Below, in pieces: positions 55,137 to 64,000 of a stretch of 64,000 nt of DNA; position 1 is the stretch's first letter, and each line of letters begins with the position of its first letter. The notes under the pieces were generated by a model. That model saw only the letters and a program-made list of their open reading frames with translations. It did no database searches and was not told where the DNA came from. The stretch comes from Patescibacteria group bacterium (GTDB taxonomy: Bacteria; Patescibacteriota; Patescibacteriia; UBA9570; JAHJKD01): positions 15,299-79,298 of the forward strand of contig JAZDOC010000022.1 of NCBI GenBank assembly GCA_043798935.1, read 5' to 3'. The position numbers and the translations under genes were made by a program.

Positions 55137-56753
55137 ATGAACATGTGGCGCCGGATCATCCATAAACTTACATCTACAATTACTGGCGGGGCTATCATTA
55201 TTGGCCTGGCTTCAATCATCTCGCGTTTTATTGGTTTGGTCCGCGACAATTTATTTGCAAAATATTTCGGTGCTTCCGCCATTTTAGATGTTTATAATGC
55301 GGCTTTTAAAATTCCGGATTTAATTTTCAATATTTTGGTTTTAGGAGCGTTATCGGCTTCTTTCATTCCGGTTTTTTTAGAAGTGTGGGAAAAAGAAGAT
55401 AAAGCCAAAGCCTGGCGTGTGGCCAATTCAATTTTAAATTTATTATTAGTTGGCCTAACTGTTTTAGCCACTCTAGCATTCATCGCGGCGCCGGTTATTT
55501 CATCAAAAATATTGATGGCCGAAAGATCAGTTGAACAACAAGTGTTAACAGCTCAGTTTATGCGCATCATGTTGTTTAGCATTATATTTTTTGGAGCCAG
55601 TAATGTTTTTTCCGGTATTTTAAATTCATTTCGGCGTTTTTTAGCTTATTCTTTAGCGCCAATTTTTTATAATTTAGGAATCATAATCGGTATTATTTTT
55701 TTATCAGAAAAATTTGGCCCGATTGGCTTAGCGTATGGTGTTACATTAGGTGCGGGCATGCATTTTTTAATACAGATTCCGGCAGTAATCCGCGCCGGTT
55801 GGCGATATGAATTTGTTCTGGATTGGAAAAATAAAGGAGTAATGAAAATATTAAAATTAATGCCCCCGCGATCATTAGCACTAGGTATTGTTCAAATTAA
55901 TGCTTTTATTATTGCGGCTCTGGCATTGCGCTTACCCGAAGGTAGTTTAACGGTCTGGACATGGGCCGATAATTTACAAAATTTTCCCATTAATGTTTTT
56001 GGCGTTTCGCTAGCGCTCTCAGCCTTTCCGGTTTTTTCGCGCGCTTTTGCGGATAAACAATTTCACGAATTTACCGAATATTTTTCTTCCAGTTTTCGAA
56101 AAGTGTTGTTTTTCATAATTCCAATTTCAATTATCACCTTATTATTAAGAGCTCAAATCGTGCGCTTAATTCTTGGTTCTTTTGGTGGTGGTAAATTCGA
56201 TTGGGATGCAACCATTTTAACTGCTCAAACTTTGGGTTGTTTTTCAATATCCATGTTTGCTTCGGCCCTGATTCCTATTTTAGCGCGCTCGTTCTTTGCT
56301 CAGCAAGACACTAAAACACCGGTAATTATCAGTTCAATATCGGTAGTTATTAATGCAGTTTTGGCAGTAATTTTATCTAAATTTTACGGTATTTATGGCT
56401 TAGCCATGGCTTTTTCAATTTCCAGTTTGCTAGACATGCTGATGCTTCTGACGGCATTGCGCGTAAAAGTAGGCTATCTTGATGATAAGCGCATTATTAA
56501 TTCGGTTTATAAAATTATATTTGCCTCATTGATCATGGGAGTGGTAATTCATGGTGTTAAATATTTTGTGGCATCGCTAGTTGATATGCATACTTTCATG
56601 GGGATCTTTATTCAATCTACGGTTAGCGTTTCGGCTGGTGTGTTTATTTATTTACTAATTGCTATTTATTTTAAATTTGATGAAGTAAATATAGTTTGTG
56701 ATTGGTTGTTAAAAGCTAGAAAACAAATATTAAATGGTTATGGTCGCCAATAA
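55137..56753 (+). CDS. murJ: Lipid II flippase MurJ (MviN)
   Basis: 14-TM MOP-family protein with MurJ N-terminal motifs (RDNLFAKYFGAS...LDVYNAAFKIPD). Confidence 0.8.
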   Translation: MNMWRRIIHKLTSTITGGAIIIGLASIISRFIGLVRDNLFAKYFGASAILDVYNAAFKIPDLIFNILVLGALSASFIPVFLEVWEKEDKAKAWRVANSILNLLLVGLTVLATLAFIAAPVISSKILMAERSVEQQVLTAQFMRIMLFSIIFFGASNVFSGILNSFRRFLAYSLAPIFYNLGIIIGIIFLSEKFGPIGLAYGVTLGAGMHFLIQIPAVIRAGWRYEFVLDWKNKGVMKILKLMPPRSLALGIVQINAFIIAALALRLPEGSLTVWTWADNLQNFPINVFGVSLALSAFPVFSRAFADKQFHEFTEYFSSSFRKVLFFIIPISIITLLLRAQIVRLILGSFGGGKFDWDATILTAQTLGCFSISMFASALIPILARSFFAQQDTKTPVIISSISVVINAVLAVILSKFYGIYGLAMAFSISSLLDMLMLLTALRVKVGYLDDKRIINSVYKIIFASLIMGVVIHGVKYFVASLVDMHTFMGIFIQSTVSVSAGVFIYLLIAIYFKFDEVNIVCDWLLKARKQILNGYGRQ

Positions 56754-58302
56754 AAGAATTTGCTTAATCGTTTTAATATTAATTTTATTTTTTCTTTCTT
56801 CATTCACTTTCTCGCACTACTTATTTAATTGGGACGCTTCTCAATTTGCAATCGGATTGAAGACTTTTAACGTTTTCGAACACCAACCTCATCCACCCGG
56901 TTATCTGGCTTTTATTTTTGTGGGGAAAATATTTAATGTTTATTTTAATAATGCCAATTTTAGTTTAACTTTAATTAGTTTCATATTTTCTCTGTTAGCC
57001 TTAATTTATTTATTTTTATTAGTGAGTTTAACATTCCCGAAGCGAATTGATTTGGTATTTATTGCCGGTTGGGTGTTAATTACTAATCCTATTTTTTGGT
57101 TCTATCGGAGTCTAGCTCTTACTTATACGGTTGATATTTTTATCGGCGTTTATCTAGCCTGGAGCTATTACAAAACAAATAGTCATAATAATCGTATTTA
57201 TTTTACCAGCATCATTTTTGGTTTAGGGGCCGGCTTTCGGCCTACGCTTTTAGTTTTGCTCTTACCGTTATATTTAATGAATGTTTATCAGGCGCGCTTA
57301 AATTTTAAAAGACAATTAATTAATCTGATATATTTAATAATATCTGTATTAGGCTGGCTTCTGCCACTTATAATTTTAAGTGGGGGATTATTTGATTATT
57401 TTCAAATTGTTAAGAATTTATTTGGTGCTTCATCTGCTTCTACATCTAATTTATTCAAGCAAATCAAAACCGTGGCCGGCGTTTCGACCGTCGCTATTAA
57501 TTTTTTAATTGTCCCGCTTCTAGTTAGCTTGGTAATTTTTATAAAAAAACAAACTTACAAAAAAATATTTAAACATCACAATTTTTGGTTATTTTTAATT
57601 TGGTCTATGCCGGCTGTTATGGTGTATGTATTTATTCATTTTGGTCAGCCGGGGTACATATTAATTTTTTTACCGGTTTTGATTATTTTAAGCTTATACG
57701 GTTTTGATTATTTATTGCAAAAAAAGTTTTATTTTATCTGCTCATTGCTTGTGGTCCTACCAGTTTCTATTTTTTTATTATTACCCAGTAGCGAATTTTC
57801 ATTTGTAAACGATTTGTTTAGAAAAGTAGATCCATGGTTTTTGCGTTTTAATTATCAGGAAATTAAAAGCAACGATACGACGATTAAACAACTAATATCC
57901 GATATTCAGAAAGAAGACGGTAATAAATTAATTATTGCTACCAGGAATTTACATTATTATGACGGTGGTAAATTTACAAAAATTAATCCAAATTATTTTC
58001 GTCAGATTATGTATTATCTACCCGAAATACAACAAAACAATATCATCGAAATTGCGTTAAATAGAAAATTCTCTATTCAAGGCAAATACGAAAATAATAA
58101 TTACTATACTATTATTAATGATGGAAAAATTATTACAGTAGATTCCAAAATAAATAAAATTATTATTCTGGCCAATAAGTTAGAAGATCATGACTTGCCT
58201 TCTGTTAACAATTTAATATCAAAACAAAACTACTTTACAAGCGATATAAGCCAATGTAATGAATTTAAATTTTTAGATTTTACTTTTAAAAAAGTAAAAT
58301 AA
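56734..58302 (+). CDS. Polytopic membrane protein, a putative ArnT/PMT-like glycosyltransferase
   Basis: More than ten TM helices with a soluble C-terminal domain. The assignment rests on weak similarity only. Confidence 0.35.
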   Translation: MVMVANKRICLIVLILILFFLSSFTFSHYLFNWDASQFAIGLKTFNVFEHQPHPPGYLAFIFVGKIFNVYFNNANFSLTLISFIFSLLALIYLFLLVSLTFPKRIDLVFIAGWVLITNPIFWFYRSLALTYTVDIFIGVYLAWSYYKTNSHNNRIYFTSIIFGLGAGFRPTLLVLLLPLYLMNVYQARLNFKRQLINLIYLIISVLGWLLPLIILSGGLFDYFQIVKNLFGASSASTSNLFKQIKTVAGVSTVAINFLIVPLLVSLVIFIKKQTYKKIFKHHNFWLFLIWSMPAVMVYVFIHFGQPGYILIFLPVLIILSLYGFDYLLQKKFYFICSLLVVLPVSIFLLLPSSEFSFVNDLFRKVDPWFLRFNYQEIKSNDTTIKQLISDIQKEDGNKLIIATRNLHYYDGGKFTKINPNYFRQIMYYLPEIQQNNIIEIALNRKFSIQGKYENNNYYTIINDGKIITVDSKINKIIILANKLEDHDLPSVNNLISKQNYFTSDISQCNEFKFLDFTFKKVK

Positions 58303-58305
58303 TAT

Positions 58306-58665
58306 TTAGAAATTAAGTTTATCAGCTAAATCGCTAATCAGAGGCATTCTTTTTTCGGTTCCGCTAAGCGCGTTTAACCAACTCATTAACCAGACGATCA
58401 TTAAAGCAATATTTAAACAAATTGAAATTAACCAACCTAAAAGAGGAATTATATTTAATACTTGGCACACTACCCAAACAGCTACCCAAATAATAAATAT
58501 GGCTAAACTTTGTTTGGCATAAAACATAACATATTTATTTTCTTTCCATAAAGACATGGCAATTGCAAAACCGATAATACTTAAAAACGTAGTAAGAAAA
58601 GCATTTGTTTTTTCATCGCTAGGTTTAACTGGTTGGCTTGAATTAGAATTTTGATGTTCATTCAT
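58306..58665 (-). CDS. Small 3-TM membrane protein
   Basis: Open frame with hydrophobic segments. Confidence 0.4.
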   Translation of the reverse strand: MNEHQNSNSSQPVKPSDEKTNAFLTTFLSIIGFAIAMSLWKENKYVMFYAKQSLAIFIIWVAVWVVCQVLNIIPLLGWLISICLNIALMIVWLMSWLNALSGTEKRMPLISDLADKLNF

Positions 58666-58749
58666 AATTTTTGTTTGCGTTAATAAATAATATTTAGTTT
58701 ATCAATAATAAGTTAATTTTGCAATAATCACTGGCTAAATAGTGTGTTT

Positions 58750-59325
58750 TTATTTTCGCACCAGATACATGCTTCCGTGACCCGGAATAATATAATCAGC
58801 AATTTTTAGAATTTCTTGGCGGCTTTTTTCCAGCTGTTTTTGATTTTCGGCAAACTGGTCTATAACCGGTAAATTTTCTTTCCAAAAAACATCTCCGCAA
58901 ATTACAATTTTTAAAGCAATACTTCCTAGTTGATCACCAATTTCTGAATTAACCACTAAACTTAAACCATCTCGGCTGTGCCCTGGTGTTTTAATAATTT
59001 TAATGTCATTAGTAAAATTATCTTTATAATTTTCGCATTTGTCTTTATTCCAAATTCCCCAATAGTCTATAATTTTCGCATTTGTAAATAGACCCACATA
59101 TTTATAATGGTCGGTGTGAGCGTGGGTGATAAAAACGTAGTTAATATCAGTTAATTCTAAATCTTCCTCGTTTAATTTAGCGATTAAAATATTAGGGTCA
59201 ACCAATGTGCCTGGATCAACAATCATGTTTAGATTTTCACTTTGGACTAAACTGATTGTAGAACAAGATCCGCCATTACCTTCAGACGAGGTATAGCCCG
59301 GAATTAATACTTTTACTTTTGTCAT
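58750..59325 (-). CDS. MBL-fold metallo-hydrolase
   Basis: ITHAHTDHY metal-binding motif. Confidence 0.65.
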   Translation of the reverse strand: MTKVKVLIPGYTSSEGNGGSCSTISLVQSENLNMIVDPGTLVDPNILIAKLNEEDLELTDINYVFITHAHTDHYKYVGLFTNAKIIDYWGIWNKDKCENYKDNFTNDIKIIKTPGHSRDGLSLVVNSEIGDQLGSIALKIVICGDVFWKENLPVIDQFAENQKQLEKSRQEILKIADYIIPGHGSMYLVRK

Positions 59326-59428
59326 GCGGGTATTTTAGCATTTTTGTAAAAATCTTGCTAATAATTAAATCTTTATAATCTGGCTCAACCATTGATTATT
59401 TAACAAAAATAAGCTATCTTAATAGCGT

Positions 59429-61210
59429 ATGAATTTAGAAAAAATCAGGAATTTCTGCATTATCGCACATATCGATCATGGTAAATCCACTCTAGCGGAT
59501 CGTTTTTTGGAAATTACCAAAACGGTCGAAAAGCGAAAAATGAAAGAACAACTTCTGGATCAAATGGATTTAGAAAGAGAAAGGGGAATCACCATCAAGC
59601 TTCAACCCGTGCGCATGGATTACAAAGGCTATATTTTAAATTTAATTGACACGCCCGGGCATGTTGATTTCACCTATGAAGTATCACGATCACTAGCTTG
59701 TTGCGAAGGGGCGATTTTAGTGGTTGATGCCACGCAGGGAATTGAAGCGCAGACTTTAGCAAATTTATATTTAGCCATTGATCAGAACTTAGAGATTATT
59801 CCCATTATTAATAAAATAGATTTACCGGCTGCCGATATCGAAAAAGTGTCCAAAGAAATAATGAATTTAATCGGCTGTAAGCGTGAAGAAATAATTGCCG
59901 TTTCAGCGAAAACCGGTGCCAATGTTCCGGCAATCTTAGACCGAGTTATTGAGCGTGTTCAACCACCCAAGGAGAGAGAGCAAAAAACGCGAGCTTTAAT
60001 TTTTGATTCGGTTTTTGATGATTACCGCGGAGTAATTGCTTATATTCGAGTATTCGACGGTGAAATAAAGCGTGGTGACCAACTCCGCTTAATGTCTAAT
60101 TATGCATTATCCGAAGCTTTAGAAGTTGGTGTTTTTAAACCCAGTCTTATAAAAAAAGATGTTTTACAAGCTGGCGAGATTGGCTATGTCGTTACTGGTT
60201 TTAAAGAAGTAGAGGAGTGTCGGGTTGGTGATACTGTCACTTTACACAAACAACCGGCTGAAAAAATGCTAGCCGGATACAAACAAGTGAAACCAATGGT
60301 TTATGCTGGTATATTCTGTAAAGAAGGTAATGATTACCCTAAGCTTCGTGATGCCATATCAAAATTAAAATTAAACGATGCCGCTTTAAGCTATGAACCA
60401 GAAAATTCCAAAGCTTTGGGTTTTGGTTTTCGCTGCGGATTTTTAGGTTTACTTCATCTAGATGTAATGCAAGAAAGATTAACGCGCGAATACAATCTAG
60501 ATTTAATTGTCACGGTTCCATCGGTAGCATACAAATTATATTATCGCGATGGTCAGGAAAAGATAATTTCCTCGCCAGTCGAGATGCCGGATCCCACCTA
60601 CATCGATCATATAGAAGAGCCGCTTATGAAGATAGACATTGTTACTCCGGCTGAATATATCGGCAATATCATGTGCTTACTGCAGGAAAAACGCGGACAG
60701 CCCACCGATTCGCAGATGGAATATTTAAATTCAGAAAGAGTAGTTATTCATTACGAGGTTCCGCTGGCCGGAATAGTTGTGGATTTTTACGATAAACTTA
60801 AAAATGTTTCTTCAGGCTATGCTTCTTTAAATTACGAATTTTCCGGATATCAAAGAGCTAAAGTAAGACGCATGGATATATTAGTCGCCGGCGATATGGT
60901 TGAAGCGTTGTCTTCTATTGTTTATGAAGATGAAGCTATTCGCGCCGGGCGCAAAATAGTAGAAGCTTTAAAAAAAGTATTGCCTCGGCAAATGTTTGAA
61001 GTTCGCTTGCAGGCCGCTTTATCGGGCAAGATAGTTTCATCAGCCAACATTCCAGCCATGCGAAAAGACGTGACCGCTAAGCTTTATGGCGGAGACGTTA
61101 CTCGTAAACGCAAGCTTTTAGAAAAACAAAAAAAAGGCAAACGCAAAATGAAATCCATGGGTAAAGTTGATATTCCGCAAGAGGCTTTCTTGGCAGTGTT
61201 AAAGAGATAG
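59429..61210 (+). CDS. lepA: Elongation factor 4
   Basis: G1 motif (AHIDHGKST), G3 motif (DTPGHVDF) and the LepA-specific C-terminal domain. Confidence 0.9.
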   Translation: MNLEKIRNFCIIAHIDHGKSTLADRFLEITKTVEKRKMKEQLLDQMDLERERGITIKLQPVRMDYKGYILNLIDTPGHVDFTYEVSRSLACCEGAILVVDATQGIEAQTLANLYLAIDQNLEIIPIINKIDLPAADIEKVSKEIMNLIGCKREEIIAVSAKTGANVPAILDRVIERVQPPKEREQKTRALIFDSVFDDYRGVIAYIRVFDGEIKRGDQLRLMSNYALSEALEVGVFKPSLIKKDVLQAGEIGYVVTGFKEVEECRVGDTVTLHKQPAEKMLAGYKQVKPMVYAGIFCKEGNDYPKLRDAISKLKLNDAALSYEPENSKALGFGFRCGFLGLLHLDVMQERLTREYNLDLIVTVPSVAYKLYYRDGQEKIISSPVEMPDPTYIDHIEEPLMKIDIVTPAEYIGNIMCLLQEKRGQPTDSQMEYLNSERVVIHYEVPLAGIVVDFYDKLKNVSSGYASLNYEFSGYQRAKVRRMDILVAGDMVEALSSIVYEDEAIRAGRKIVEALKKVLPRQMFEVRLQAALSGKIVSSANIPAMRKDVTAKLYGGDVTRKRKLLEKQKKGKRKMKSMGKVDIPQEAFLAVLKR

Positions 61211-61239
61211 AAACACGAAAAATCGAAATGAACGAAATT

Positions 61240-61266
61240 ACGCGAAATTTTTTCGCGTTTTTTTAA
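61240..61266 (+). terminator. Intrinsic terminator after lepA (acgcgaaa-tttt-ttcgcgt followed by T7), nested inside a longer inverted repeat (gaaacacgaa ... ttcgtgtttc)
   Basis: Hairpin followed by a U-run, seen directly. Confidence 0.55.
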
Positions 61267-61446
61267 TATTTTCTATCCTTCGTGTTTCTCTTTTCCACCT
61301 CTACTCTTGACAAGAGAGTTTTTTGGGTGTATTGTTATCTGTTTCGTACATTACAACTTGCCGAATTTTTCCCAATTGAGAGGGCACTAGAGATTTTTCT
61401 CTGGGTCCTCTGATTAGGAAAAGCACAGCAAAACACATGTTTTTAA

Positions 61447-61480
61447 AGAGTTGGCTAGCCAACTCTTTTTTTGTTATAAT
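61447..61480 (+). promoter_or_regulatory. Hairpin with a T-run (agagttggc-tagc-caactct + T7), then TATAAT 7 nt before the ftsW ATG
   Basis: The hairpin and the -10-like hexamer are both seen directly. The arrangement suggests a terminator or attenuator followed by a possibly short-leader promoter. Confidence 0.3.
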
Positions 61481-61486
61481 AAGCCC

Positions 61487-62659
61487 ATGTCTGTTTCAAG
61501 AACATTTAAACGAACAACATCGGTGGCTAAAAAAAATCAGTCACGATCTTTTTTAAATTTTCACGAACCTTCTTATGTCTTAATTGTTATATTAGGCTTA
61601 CTTTTAGTAATCGGTTTAATTATGCTTACTTCAGCATCATCGGTTATGGGTTATCAGAAATGGGCTGATAGCTATTATTATATTAAGCATCAATTTTTTT
61701 ATGGTATTATTTTTGGGCTGGTTATGCTATATATCATGTCGCAGATAGATTACCGCATCTGGAAAAAGTTAGCATTCCCCATGGTTATAGTAACTGTTTT
61801 ACTACTTTTTTTAGTATTAGTTCCGGGCATTGGTTATGAATATTTAGGAGCCAAAAGATGGATTAGTATTTTCGGTTTTCAATTTCAGCCTTCTGAACTC
61901 GTAAAATTAACTTTTTTAATTTATCTGGCTGTTTGGTTGGAAAATAGATCAAAAAAAATGGAAGATATTTCTTCCAGTTTTATTCCTTTTTTAATCATGA
62001 TTGGTTTTTTAGTTTTTATGATTGCCGGAATTCAAAAAGATTTAGGTACCATGATCGTAATTGGTGTAATTTCCATTACAGTGTACTTTGTAGCTGGCGC
62101 GCCATGGAAACATTTAGCTTGGATGGGTATGGGTGGTAGCGCTCTCTTTTTATTGCTGGTTAAAATTGCACCATATCGTGCCGCTCGTTTAATGGTTTTT
62201 TTAAATCCGGAATTAGATCCCCAAGGCATTGGTTACCATATCAATCAGGCACTTTTAGCTTTTGGCTCTGGCGGATTATTTGGTTTGGGGCTCGGGCACT
62301 CACGGCAAAAATATAATTATCTTCCCGAAGCGGCGGGCGATTCTATTTTTGCTGTAATTGGCGAAGAGCTGGGTTTTCTTTTCACGGCTGCACTAGTTAT
62401 TTTATACCTGGCTTTATTTCTACAAAGTATGAAAATTGCTCGCCAAGCATCAGACTCTTTTGGGCGCTTGGTTGCAATTGGTATTATTACTTGGATAACT
62501 TTTCAAGCCATGGTAAATATGGGCGCCATGCTTTCGATCATGCCTTTAACTGGTATTCCACTACCGTTTATAAGTTACGGTAGTACTTCGCTTGTAATGA
62601 ACCTGATGGCCATGGGTCTTTTAATTAGCATATCCAAACAAACTAAAACAAATTTATGA
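61487..62659 (+). CDS. ftsW: SEDS-family peptidoglycan polymerase FtsW
   Basis: 10-TM SEDS protein followed by murG. The ATG at 61487 is preferred over the ORF track's TTG at 61451. Confidence 0.8.
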   Translation: MSVSRTFKRTTSVAKKNQSRSFLNFHEPSYVLIVILGLLLVIGLIMLTSASSVMGYQKWADSYYYIKHQFFYGIIFGLVMLYIMSQIDYRIWKKLAFPMVIVTVLLLFLVLVPGIGYEYLGAKRWISIFGFQFQPSELVKLTFLIYLAVWLENRSKKMEDISSSFIPFLIMIGFLVFMIAGIQKDLGTMIVIGVISITVYFVAGAPWKHLAWMGMGGSALFLLLVKIAPYRAARLMVFLNPELDPQGIGYHINQALLAFGSGGLFGLGLGHSRQKYNYLPEAAGDSIFAVIGEELGFLFTAALVILYLALFLQSMKIARQASDSFGRLVAIGIITWITFQAMVNMGAMLSIMPLTGIPLPFISYGSTSLVMNLMAMGLLISISKQTKTNL

Positions 62660-63669
62660 AAATAATATTATCGGGTGGGGGCACCATGGGATCAGTCACT
62701 CCGCTTATCGCCATTAGTGAACAAATGCCGGAAGCTGAAATATTATTTGTCGGTACTAAAAATGGTCCGGAAAAAGAAATAATTGAAGTAAAAAAAATCA
62801 AATTCATTGTTATTTCATCAGCTAAATTTAGACGCTATTTTTCTGGGCAAAATTTTATTGATTTATTAAAAATAATAATAATTTGTTGGCAAAGTTTTTG
62901 GTTGCTTTATAAAGAAAAACCGCAAGTTATTGTTAGCGCCGGTGGGTATGTTGCCGTGCCTTTAATATGGATGGGTTGGCTACTTCGAATACCTTCTTTA
63001 GTCCACTCGCAAGATATAAAAACTGGTTTAGCTATTAAATTAGTGCGCCCGTTTGCTACTAAAATTACTAAAGCTTTTTCCGATACGGATTTAAATGCCG
63101 AAGTGGTAGGCAATCCGGTGCGTAATTTAGAAATCACCACAAATATTTTTAAATTAAAACAAGATAAGCCAGTAGTTTTAATTACTGGTGGCGGTACAGG
63201 CGCTGGCGGGATAAACAATTTAATTTCTAAAGAATTATTTGAAATAGCGCAAATTATTCACTTAACCGGCAAGGCCAAAAACAATAATTCACTTTCTCAT
63301 AGCGATTATCATGTATTTGAATTTTTAAATGAAGCCATGATCGAGGCTTTACAAAAAGCCGATATTATAATAACGCGCGCTGGCCTGGGCACTTTAACTG
63401 AATTAGCAATGCTGGAAAAACCGATTATTATCATTCCGATTTCTAATTCTCATCAAGAAGATAATGCAGAATATTTCAAAAAACATCAAGCCGCAATAGT
63501 TTTATCAGAAGTCAATCTGACTGCAGATAAATTAAATTCAGTTATTAAAAATTTATTGAACAACAAATCTCAACAAACCGAACTAAGTTCTAACATTAAA
63601 ACATTAATCAAGCCTCATGCCAGCGAAACCCTCGCCACCATTATTAAACAGCTCGCAAACCGCACATAA
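62656..63669 (+). CDS. murG: UDP-GlcNAc:undecaprenyl-PP-MurNAc-pentapeptide GlcNAc transferase
   Basis: N-terminal GGGTMGSVTP G-loop and a C-terminal GT28 domain. Overlaps ftsW in an ATGA arrangement. Confidence 0.8.
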   Translation: MKIILSGGGTMGSVTPLIAISEQMPEAEILFVGTKNGPEKEIIEVKKIKFIVISSAKFRRYFSGQNFIDLLKIIIICWQSFWLLYKEKPQVIVSAGGYVAVPLIWMGWLLRIPSLVHSQDIKTGLAIKLVRPFATKITKAFSDTDLNAEVVGNPVRNLEITTNIFKLKQDKPVVLITGGGTGAGGINNLISKELFEIAQIIHLTGKAKNNNSLSHSDYHVFEFLNEAMIEALQKADIIITRAGLGTLTELAMLEKPIIIIPISNSHQEDNAEYFKKHQAAIVLSEVNLTADKLNSVIKNLLNNKSQQTELSSNIKTLIKPHASETLATIIKQLANRT

Positions 63670-64000
63670 TTTTCTATTAAAGTTAAAACCTCAAGCATAT
63701 AGCACTGCCAGAATTCAAGCTTTTTTAAGTTATTTAAATAATCCACAAGATAAATTTAAAGTTGTTCATGTGGCTGGTACATCAGGCAAGGGTTCGACCT
63801 GCCAGATGATTGCCAGTATTTTAAAACAAGCCGGATATAAAACTGGTTTAACCATATCGCCGTACTTAATTGACCCGCTTGAAAAAATTCAAATTAATAA
63901 TCGTCAAATTTCGGAAAAATTTTTTATTAATCTTGTTAATAAATATAAATTTTTAATTGTTAAATTTAACCTTACTTACTTTGAAGCTTTTATAGCTCTT
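63617..64000 (+). CDS. Mur-ligase-family protein, FolC-like (folylpolyglutamate/dihydrofolate synthase), 3'-truncated at the window end
   Basis: The P-loop VVHVAGTSGKGST matches the FolC-type HVAGTNGKGS rather than the MurC glycine-rich loop. The ATG at 63617 overlaps the murG 3' end. Confidence 0.5.
   Translation, partial: MPAKPSPPLLNSSQTAHNFLLKLKPQAYSTARIQAFLSYLNNPQDKFKVVHVAGTSGKGSTCQMIASILKQAGYKTGLTISPYLIDPLEKIQINNRQISEKFFINLVNKYKFLIVKFNLTYFEAFIAL

Noticed and set aside
61451-61486. The TTG start for ftsW used in the ORF track
   Set aside because: The TTG lies inside a terminator-like hairpin. The ATG at 61487 follows a TATAAT and gives a normal SEDS N-terminus.
63617-64000. Calling the last ORF murC on the basis of the ftsW-murG-murC order
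   Set aside because: The P-loop reads HVAGTSGKGST, which is FolC-type, and not the MurC GxGGxGMS loop. It is kept as a FolC-like Mur-ligase-family protein.

Overview
This is a 64 kb window from an AT-rich (about 30% GC) bacterial chromosome, read from the sequence and ORF track only. Most of it is housekeeping. There is the end of a dcw-type cell-wall block at the left (a PBP transpeptidase and murF) and an ftsW-murG-folC-like group at the right, with murJ further upstream after the polysaccharide cluster and lepA between them. An ECF sigma factor and its anti-sigma gene follow. A complete histidine operon sits on the minus strand in the order hisG-D-C-B-H-A-F-IE. Its His-run leader peptide and attenuator hairpin were not in the ORF track. 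Further right are ssb and a glycolytic block (pgk, eno, ADP-forming acetyl-CoA synthetase, two tandem gpmI paralogs). Riboflavin genes (ribD, ribBA), prs, recJ, rnhA and an RNase P RNA (rnpB) with its promoter follow. A surface-polysaccharide cluster then follows, with a WbaP-like sugar transferase, three GT4 enzymes, a Wzz-like protein and a DUF4012-like protein. The accessory locus at about 18.2-27.9 kb stands out. It holds a roughly 1.9 kb island of about 60% GC encoding a secreted CHAP-type amidase fused to FG-GAP/VCBS calcium-binding repeats, which looks like a transfer from a high-GC donor. The island is bracketed by a composite terminator repeat (family A, found 3.5 times in the window), a palindromic tandem-repeat array (family B) and a conserved promoter-associated motif (family C). 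Immediately downstream is a four-gene translationally coupled cassette: an NAD-binding enzyme, a PaaK/F390-synthetase-like adenylating enzyme, a MccB/ThiF-like E1 enzyme and an orphan multi-TM histidine kinase. It is preceded by a promoter, a Shine-Dalgarno site and an 8-codon micro-ORF, which makes it a candidate undescribed peptide- or metabolite-adenylation system. Other points of note are an ECF sigma factor cut by an in-frame TAA inside its region 4.2 helix-turn-helix, an ansA-type asparaginase that appears decayed, and a small operon of paralogous helical proteins. The lineage cannot be assigned from sequence alone. The gene content and composition would fit a small-genome fermentative lineage, for example CPR-like, but that is inference.
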